Source: Vulcanimicrobiota bacterium (GTDB lineage Bacteria; Vulcanimicrobiota; Xenobia; Xenobiales; JADMJV01). From it: a stretch of 64,000 nucleotides of DNA. The position numbers were made by a program, and so were the translations under genes. Positions 57,910 through 64,000 of this stretch are shown here, one piece after another. The stretch spans positions 32,001-96,000 of the forward strand of contig JBFWNU010000010.1 in the NCBI GenBank assembly GCA_050250895.1, written 5' to 3'. The notes beneath the pieces were generated by a model, which was not told the origin of the DNA, searched no databases, and saw only the letters and a program-made list of their open reading frames with translations. Numbering within the stretch: the first letter of the stretch is position 1; the number at the start of each line of letters is the position of its first letter.

Positions 57910-58167
57910 TTAGTCGCGTCGCATGGCTTTGGCCAGGGCTGCTAGCGGCAGTCCGATCAGAAGCCCCAGGGCCAGGCTGCTGGCCGCCTGCTTGGAGGTG
58001 CGGACCAGTTCCGCTCCGGGGCGAGGTGCCGGCGCCTTTATTGGTGGCTCGGGGTCAACCGACCGGGTGTAGCCGTCTGCGGGCACGGGGGTGGGGTCGG
58101 CGCCGATAGCCGGGCGCAGGCCCTGGGCTCTGGCGGTGGGGGGAAAGAAGTTGGGTCTCACGAGCAT
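57910..58167 (-). CDS. Small protein with low-complexity leader and one C-terminal TM helix
   Basis: 85-aa ORF; TAGGCT-N6-ATG upstream. Confidence 0.6.
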   Translation of the reverse strand: MLVRPNFFPPTARAQGLRPAIGADPTPVPADGYTRSVDPEPPIKAPAPRPGAELVRTSKQAASSLALGLLIGLPLAALAKAMRRD

Positions 58168-58269
58168 AAGGTTAGCCTAGCTCAGGGACCTGAAAACTAT
58201 CTGAACATCGCTTTCCAGGAAATTTCAGAGCCTGCAGATAGACTGAAAAAAACGCATTCGGAGAATGAA

Positions 58270-58713
58270 ATGATCCACGCCACCAATGTTTCTTCGCTGT
58301 CCTACACTCGCGCCCTGAGCGCCTATCGTGCCGCCAGCCCCGAGGCTGACTCGACTCCCCAGCTTCCCCTCGACGGGGTGACCATCTCCGCTCAGGCCCA
58401 GGCCCGCCCCCATCGCAGCGGTCTGGCCGGCGTTTCGAAATTTGTAGCCCTGGCACTGTGCGCCGGCGCCATGCTGGGGGCCGCCGGGTGCGCCAGCACC
58501 GGCCCCATGGCCGGGCAGCACCAGCCCGCCAACCCCTATCGTCAAGCCGGGCGCGACCTTCACGAGGTCGGCCAGCAGGGCAAAGAGGTCGGCCAGGCCA
58601 TCGGGCGCAAAGGCGCCGAGGTCGGCCGCGAAGTGGGCGAGCAAGGCAAGAAGTTTGGCCTGGGCGTGCGCGATGCCGCCGTCGAGTTCTGGAAGGGCCT
58701 CAAGGGCGAGTAG
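58270..58713 (+). CDS. Small protein with N-terminal leader, internal lipoprotein-like signal and amphipathic repeats
   Basis: GGAG RBS; KFVALALCAGAMLGAAGC; repeated EVG.. units. Confidence 0.7.
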   Translation: MIHATNVSSLSYTRALSAYRAASPEADSTPQLPLDGVTISAQAQARPHRSGLAGVSKFVALALCAGAMLGAAGCASTGPMAGQHQPANPYRQAGRDLHEVGQQGKEVGQAIGRKGAEVGREVGEQGKKFGLGVRDAAVEFWKGLKGE

Positions 58714-59287
58714 TCACTCGCCGGCCATCATAGCTCAAGTTTTCCGTGGCCCCGGGAGGCGAGGTGGCGATCTGCTCGTCGGCCGGATAGAGCGCCACTC
58801 GCGTTACCGAGCGGTCGGTCCCCGGTCCACTCGTGCCCACCGCGAAAGAGACCGGGCCCTCGGCCGTTTCAAGGCGCACAATCGAGCCGGTATTACCTTG
58901 TGGCCGTGGCATGCCATCCATGAGCATTTGCCCATTCTTGACCTCCAGCCGGTGGGGGCGTCCGTCTGTTCCGCAATAGTTGATGCGGGCCGTGCCGTCG
59001 GGCGCCCACTCCACCTGGCCTCCTGGAAACTCACTAATTTGTCCGCGCTGCAACTCGCGGGGATAGTTCTTTGGCTGGCCGCCGTCGAGCCCGAAGTTGG
59101 CCGCCAGGGCCGCTCCTCGCTCGACGGCTACGAAGGCGACAAAGCGGTCTTCGAGGTCCAGGGCAGTGTGCACCCTCCGGCGTCCCTGGCAGCCTGACCC
59201 AACCGGAGACCGGGCCGACTGCGAGCAGGCTTGGCGTGACGGGGGATGGCCGAGGGGAATGGCGCAGAAGCGAAAGTTGATGAGCAT
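58700..59287 (-). CDS. Hypothetical protein
   Basis: Strong RBS GGAGGA before ATG 59287. Confidence 0.6.
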   Translation of the reverse strand: MLINFRFCAIPLGHPPSRQACSQSARSPVGSGCQGRRRVHTALDLEDRFVAFVAVERGAALAANFGLDGGQPKNYPRELQRGQISEFPGGQVEWAPDGTARINYCGTDGRPHRLEVKNGQMLMDGMPRPQGNTGSIVRLETAEGPVSFAVGTSGPGTDRSVTRVALYPADEQIATSPPGATENLSYDGRRVTTRP

Positions 59288-59472
59288 GGGGTGGTCCTCC
59301 TTCTGGTTGCGGGCGCCTTTTGGCGTCGCCGATGGGTCAAGCATAGGGCAGACGTTCGGACGGGCCTTTTGCCGTCTGGTTAAATGGATGTGTCGAAAGT
59401 GTTGAAAAATTATGAACATGCACTCGAGAGGCCCTCGGGCTCGGCCGGTAGAACCTCGCACATCGATGGGAA

Positions 59473-62400
59473 TTGGCTTTGGATAGGCTTGCGCCCGAGG
59501 AACTGCGCGAAAAAGTTGCGCAGGCGGTGCTGGTCAAGATATTGCGGGGACTTCGTCCGCAATGTGCTGCCGTGCTTTTCCCTGAGGCGGAGGGTCTTCG
59601 CGTTTGGGCCGCGCGGGGGGTTAAGTCGCCTTCAGCCCTGGCTCAGGATCTGACCGTTCTGGAAGTGCTGAAGACCAAGCACTCCATTACCCGCGAGCGG
59701 GGCTACTGCTCCATCATGTGCGTGCCCCTGCTCGACTGGGGCCAGGGGGTCGAGGCGCTCTTCTATGCCCAATCCGCCTCGGGGCGCTTCTTTCAGCAGC
59801 GCGAGATGGATTGGCTCGATGCCCTGGCTTCCAAAGCGCGCGAGAAGCTTTGGGGTCCCGAGCCGCCCGAACCGGCCGAGGGTGATACCCCGGGTCGTTC
59901 GCTGACCGACGCCGCCCAGGAGGTTCTCGACACGGTCGTCGAGGTGCTCTCGCCTGAGCGGGCCGCAATCTTCTTTCAGGAGCCGCCCAACGAGGAACTG
60001 GCCGTGCTGGCCAGCCACCAACTACCCCGGGAGAATTTTCTGACCGAGGCTCCGGTAAGTTTCGCTTTGCTCGAGTCTCTGTGGGAGAAGGGTGAGCCCG
60101 TCAATATCGTCGACGCTCAGCAACACGAGTTGGCGGATCTCGAGGGAATCAAGGAGCATGGTATCCGCTCGGTGGCAGCCTGCCCGCTGTTTGATCAGGA
60201 AAACAAGGTTCGCGGTCTGCTCTATCTAGACAGTTGCCAGGAGGCGGGGCTCTTTCGTAGCCGAGAACTCAACCTGTTGCGCCAGCTAGGAGAGAAGCTG
60301 GCTAACGAGTGGCCAGCGGCCCTGGCGGTGCATAAGCCCAGTGAAGAAGACTGGAGCGCCGTGCTCGACTCGCTCTCGAAGACCAAGTCCAACCGCCAGA
60401 TTTCGGGCTGGGAGGTGCTGTTGGAGTCGTTGGCTCGCAACGACGGCGAAGCGCACGACGTCTCACGCCCCACCGAAGAACTGGCTCGGCCCATCGAGCT
60501 CGAGGCGTTCATTCCCCGCTTTTCAGAGCCCGACGACGACAATCTCATCTTCGAGTTCGACGAGGCCGAAAGCGACGAAGAACTGGTGGACCTGCCCGAA
60601 GTGGTGCCCGTGCCGCGAGTGGAGAAGATCAAGGCTCGTCCCGAACCAGAGTGGATCGAAGAAACCCCCGCGGCTCCGGGCGCCGACCCGCCACCGGCCC
60701 TGGAACTCGTCACCATCAACAAGCTCTTCCGGGGCAAGGCGCTCTTCCAGCGGTCGCTGCGAGGACGCAAGGGCCCAGGCCCGAGATCCGAAGCCGGCGA
60801 CGAGGAAGTAGCCGCCTCTGAGGAGCTGCCGACCTCGGAGCCCGACGCCTACGCCCCTGCCAGTGAACCCGAGCAGCCGGCCGAGACGCCTCTGGGGGCC
60901 CCGACGGTCGTCTTCGGAAGCGAGACCATGAGGCTCGGCATGGCCCCTGCCGAGGGCTGGCAGCCGGCTCAGACCTCGTGGGAGGCGCCGAGCCCTGCAG
61001 AGCAGGCTGAGGAGTGGGGGCCGTGGGTCAATATGGCCATGGCCGCCGAGCCCACCTTCACCTCGACCGAGGAACAGCCCGACGAGGAGTCCTTCGATGA
61101 GGCTCTGTTGGACGACTATCCGGAGGAGTTTGATCTGCAGGCCCCCGCCGGGGAGCCCGACAGGCCCGAGGCAGAATCACCGAGCGAGTCGGCTTCCGCC
61201 GCCTGGGTTGACGAACCCCAGCCAGCCTGGCCCGTCGCCGAGCCGGTCTGGCCCGCCTCGGACTGGCCGGCAGAGGGGGAAGCGGCGGCGGCCGGGCCCG
61301 GGCTCGAGCCGCGGATCGAGCTGGAGCCTCCACCCGAGTTCGTCGAGAGAGCGGCCCCCGACCTCAAGGCCGAGCCTGAGGAGTGGGCGGCCGAGCCCGA
61401 GGTTGAAGAGGCCGAACCTGAGGAGTGGGCGGCCGAGCCCGAGGTCGAGCAGGTCGAGGCCGCGCCTGAGGAGTGGGCGGCCGAGCCCGAGGTCGGGCAG
61501 GTCGAGGCCGAGCCTGAGGAGTGGTCGGCCGAACCCGAGGTCGAAGAGGTGGAGCCTGAGGAATGGTCGGCCGAGCCCGACGTTGATGAGATCGATTCTG
61601 AGGCCGAGGAGGGGGCGGCCCAGCCTGAGGCGGAGCGAGTCGAGGCTGAACCGGAAGAGTTGACGGCTGAGCCCGAGGACGACGAGGCCGAGCCCGAGGT
61701 TGAGCAGGTGGAGGCTGAGCCGCAAGAGTGGGCGGCCGAGGCCGAGGCTGAACCGGAAGAGCTGACGACTGAGCCCGAGGCCGAGGCTGAACCGGAAGAG
61801 CTGGCGACTGAGCCCGAGTCCGAGGCTGAACCGGAAGAGCTGACCACTGAGCCCAAGTCCGAGGCTGAACCGGAAGAGCTGACCACTGAGCCGGAGTCCG
61901 AGGCTGAACCGGAAGAGCTGACCACTGAGCCGGAGGCCGAAGCTGAACCGGAAGAGCTGACCACTGAGCCGGAGGCCGAGTCTGAACCGGAAGAGCTGAC
62001 CATCGAACCCCAGGCCGAGCCTGAGGCCGAGGAGTTCGCGCCCGTGTTCCAAGAGGAGTTCGGTTTCGTCCCGGACTCCGACGAGATGGCCGTCGAAGCT
62101 GACCCCGAGCCCCCAGCCGAGCCGAACGACGAGTCCTTCGAGGCCGAACCCGAGCCGTTTTCCGGGCCCGTGCGAACCTCGGGTCAGAACGATGACGGCT
62201 GGGAGTCGCAAGAGCCGGCCGTCGAGATGCTGGTCGAAGAGACGCGGGCCATGGCCTTCGACTCGATGGAGTTGGCCGTCGAGCCCACGATGGAAGAGGG
62301 CATCCGCCTGGTCGTTCCTGTTCCGGTCGCTCCACCCCCGACTCCCTCGCTGTTCGAGCGCATCTTGCGTTGGATCGGCCTCAAGTCGACCCCTGAGGGC

Positions 62401-62709
62401 CCGGTGCCGGTACCCGTGCGCATCAACGGCCGAGTATTGGTCGAGAGACCGCTAGCCGGCCGCGTGGGGCCCACGGAGATCGTCTTGCACTTTCCTCAGG
62501 CCCGACTTCGCATGGTGCTCGAACTCGAGCATGGCCAGACCGAGTATGATTTCTCGGCCAATTTCAGTCCTGACCGAGTGCCTGCCACGGCCTCACTGAC
62601 TCTTCGCAAGGCAGGCTATCACCCCGTCAAATTGACGGGCATTCGCCTGGTCGACGGCCAGGCCCAGGTACCCGAAGTGACGCTCCTTCCCGAGGAGCAG
62701 GAGCGGTAG
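59473..62709 (+). CDS. Tandem GAF-domain protein with long acidic repeat region
   Basis: SIMCVPL..LFYA and IRSVAACPL..GLLYLD GAF motifs; Glu/Pro-rich repeats; C-terminal beta-rich domain. Confidence 0.8.
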   Translation: MALDRLAPEELREKVAQAVLVKILRGLRPQCAAVLFPEAEGLRVWAARGVKSPSALAQDLTVLEVLKTKHSITRERGYCSIMCVPLLDWGQGVEALFYAQSASGRFFQQREMDWLDALASKAREKLWGPEPPEPAEGDTPGRSLTDAAQEVLDTVVEVLSPERAAIFFQEPPNEELAVLASHQLPRENFLTEAPVSFALLESLWEKGEPVNIVDAQQHELADLEGIKEHGIRSVAACPLFDQENKVRGLLYLDSCQEAGLFRSRELNLLRQLGEKLANEWPAALAVHKPSEEDWSAVLDSLSKTKSNRQISGWEVLLESLARNDGEAHDVSRPTEELARPIELEAFIPRFSEPDDDNLIFEFDEAESDEELVDLPEVVPVPRVEKIKARPEPEWIEETPAAPGADPPPALELVTINKLFRGKALFQRSLRGRKGPGPRSEAGDEEVAASEELPTSEPDAYAPASEPEQPAETPLGAPTVVFGSETMRLGMAPAEGWQPAQTSWEAPSPAEQAEEWGPWVNMAMAAEPTFTSTEEQPDEESFDEALLDDYPEEFDLQAPAGEPDRPEAESPSESASAAWVDEPQPAWPVAEPVWPASDWPAEGEAAAAGPGLEPRIELEPPPEFVERAAPDLKAEPEEWAAEPEVEEAEPEEWAAEPEVEQVEAAPEEWAAEPEVGQVEAEPEEWSAEPEVEEVEPEEWSAEPDVDEIDSEAEEGAAQPEAERVEAEPEELTAEPEDDEAEPEVEQVEAEPQEWAAEAEAEPEELTTEPEAEAEPEELATEPESEAEPEELTTEPKSEAEPEELTTEPESEAEPEELTTEPEAEAEPEELTTEPEAESEPEELTIEPQAEPEAEEFAPVFQEEFGFVPDSDEMAVEADPEPPAEPNDESFEAEPEPFSGPVRTSGQNDDGWESQEPAVEMLVEETRAMAFDSMELAVEPTMEEGIRLVVPVPVAPPPTPSLFERILRWIGLKSTPEGPVPVPVRINGRVLVERPLAGRVGPTEIVLHFPQARLRMVLELEHGQTEYDFSANFSPDRVPATASLTLRKAGYHPVKLTGIRLVDGQAQVPEVTLLPEEQER
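61369..62010 (+). repeat. Coding tandem repeats (EPEEWAAEPEV units, then about 7 x 39-bp EAEPEELTTEPEA/S)
   Basis: gaggctgaaccggaagagctgaccactgagccggagtcc repeated from 61744. Confidence 0.85.
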
Positions 62710-62829
62710 ACTCCCCACCATGGAAAGGGCCTTGCGTTCGTGAAGTCCGCTCGTGCTCACCGGCCTGGCGACTTGCAACTGGAAGACCCTTCAGGAGGAA
62801 CCGGGATAGGGCTTGCCAAACGGCTGGGC

Positions 62830-64000
62830 ATGCATCGAAAAATCCTGCTTTTGCTAGCTTTGATTACTGTGACTGGACCGGCTCTGGCCCAGGGCATTCG
62901 CGTCGAACTCGATGGGCGGATGCTCAGCTTCGACCAGCCTCCGGCCATGATTGACGGGCGTTTGATGGTGCCCCTGCGTGGCATCTTCGAGGCTCTTGCG
63001 GCCGAGGTGCTCTATGACGGACCGACGCGAACCATCAAAGCCACCAAGGGCAGTACCGTGGTCGAACTCACCCTCGGCAGCCAGGCCGCTAAGGTCAACG
63101 GCAACAACGTCTATCTCGACGTGCCGGCCGGCACCCTGGGCGGTCGCACGATGGTTCCTTTGCGCTTCGTCTCCGAAGCTCTTGGCGCCGAGGTCAAATG
63201 GGACGGACTGACCAAGACCGTGCGCATCGCCGGCAGCGGCGGGGTGGTGGATAGCCCGGCTCCGCCTCCCACCAGCGGCGGGGAGCGTCCTGCGATTCAG
63301 TCGGTCATCCACACCGCCACCTCGACTCTGGCGCCCGGCCAGAGCTTTGACGTGGTCATTCTGGGCGACCCGGGTTGCCGGGCTCGCTTCGAGATCGTGG
63401 GCGCCATCCGCAGCGTGACCGTGCCCGAAGTGCGCAGTGGTCGCTACGAGACCCGCTACACGATCCCCAACGGCTTGCAAGTCGAGGGCGGGGTGCTGAT
63501 CGGCTATCTCACCAAGAATGGCCTCGAGACCGCCTCTGAAGCCAACCGCACCGTGACCATCCGGGGAGCGGCCGCGCCCCAACCGGCGGCCGACTGGGAG
63601 GTCTCCCCCGCTCCCAACTCCACCGTCAGCGAGACCCGCCCCACGATTACCGTAAACCCCCCGGGACGGGGCCGGCCGGACAACGTTCGCCTCTATGTCG
63701 ACGGTATCGATTTCTCTAACCAGGTGGACCGCCGTCGCCGCATCACCTGGACCCCGACCTACGATCTCAATCCCGGGACCCATCAGGTCGAAGTGGTGGT
63801 GGGCGACAACAATAGTCCTGAGCCTCAGACCTACACCTGGAGCTTCACTATCGGGGCCCCCACCACCGGCACGACCAATTTCTTCCCCACCAACGGTTCC
63901 ACCGTCACCGAGTCGCGGCCCCAGATCGGAGCCTCCTTCTCCACCGCCGTCAACAACCCGCGCCTGATCATCGACGGCGGTGATTTCACCGGCTCCTCGG
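62830..64000 (+). CDS. Copper-amine-oxidase N-terminal (stalk) domain exported protein, 3'-truncated
   Basis: Absent from the ORF track because there is no stop in the window. Translates MHRKILLLLALITVTGPALAQ..GRLMVPLRGIFEAL..GRTMVPLRFVSEALGAEVKWD. Confidence 0.88.
   Translation, partial: MHRKILLLLALITVTGPALAQGIRVELDGRMLSFDQPPAMIDGRLMVPLRGIFEALAAEVLYDGPTRTIKATKGSTVVELTLGSQAAKVNGNNVYLDVPAGTLGGRTMVPLRFVSEALGAEVKWDGLTKTVRIAGSGGVVDSPAPPPTSGGERPAIQSVIHTATSTLAPGQSFDVVILGDPGCRARFEIVGAIRSVTVPEVRSGRYETRYTIPNGLQVEGGVLIGYLTKNGLETASEANRTVTIRGAAAPQPAADWEVSPAPNSTVSETRPTITVNPPGRGRPDNVRLYVDGIDFSNQVDRRRRITWTPTYDLNPGTHQVEVVVGDNNSPEPQTYTWSFTIGAPTTGTTNFFPTNGSTVTESRPQIGASFSTAVNNPRLIIDGGDFTGSS

Noticed and set aside
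62710-62829. Riboswitch upstream of the stalk-domain gene
   Set aside because: I could not recognise c-di-GMP or other riboswitch consensus elements by eye; an Infernal scan would be needed.

Overview
GC-rich bacterial chromosomal window with about 55 densely packed CDSs. I found no rRNA, tRNA, CRISPR array, integrase or transposase. The gene style (many divergent pilin-like paralogues, Ser/Thr kinases, Pro/Glu-rich linkers) resembles Eremiobacterota/Vulcanimicrobiota, but this is inference only. The dominant theme is an expanded type IV pilus/T2SS-like machinery: three large PilX-like proteins with a swappable internal domain, two PilC/GspF paralogues, six further prepilin-like genes, a Ser/Thr kinase translationally coupled to pilin genes, a 1247-aa PilB/GspE ATPase with an inserted degenerate kinase domain, two PilZ proteins and a diguanylate cyclase. 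Other genes include an ars operon (arsR-arsM-arsC-acr3), M13 and S8 peptidases (one S8 with substituted catalytic residues), a PAD/amidinotransferase-like enzyme, a haloperoxidase-like protein, a CASTOR/POLLUX-like channel and a VIT-vWA protein. Non-coding structure includes a 1.4-kb two-module palindromic repeat array, a candidate 145-bp MITE, a 17-bp direct repeat around a nucleotidyltransferase gene and many leaderless-type promoters. A group of unrelated proteins shares a non-Sec N-terminal leader that may be an export signal.
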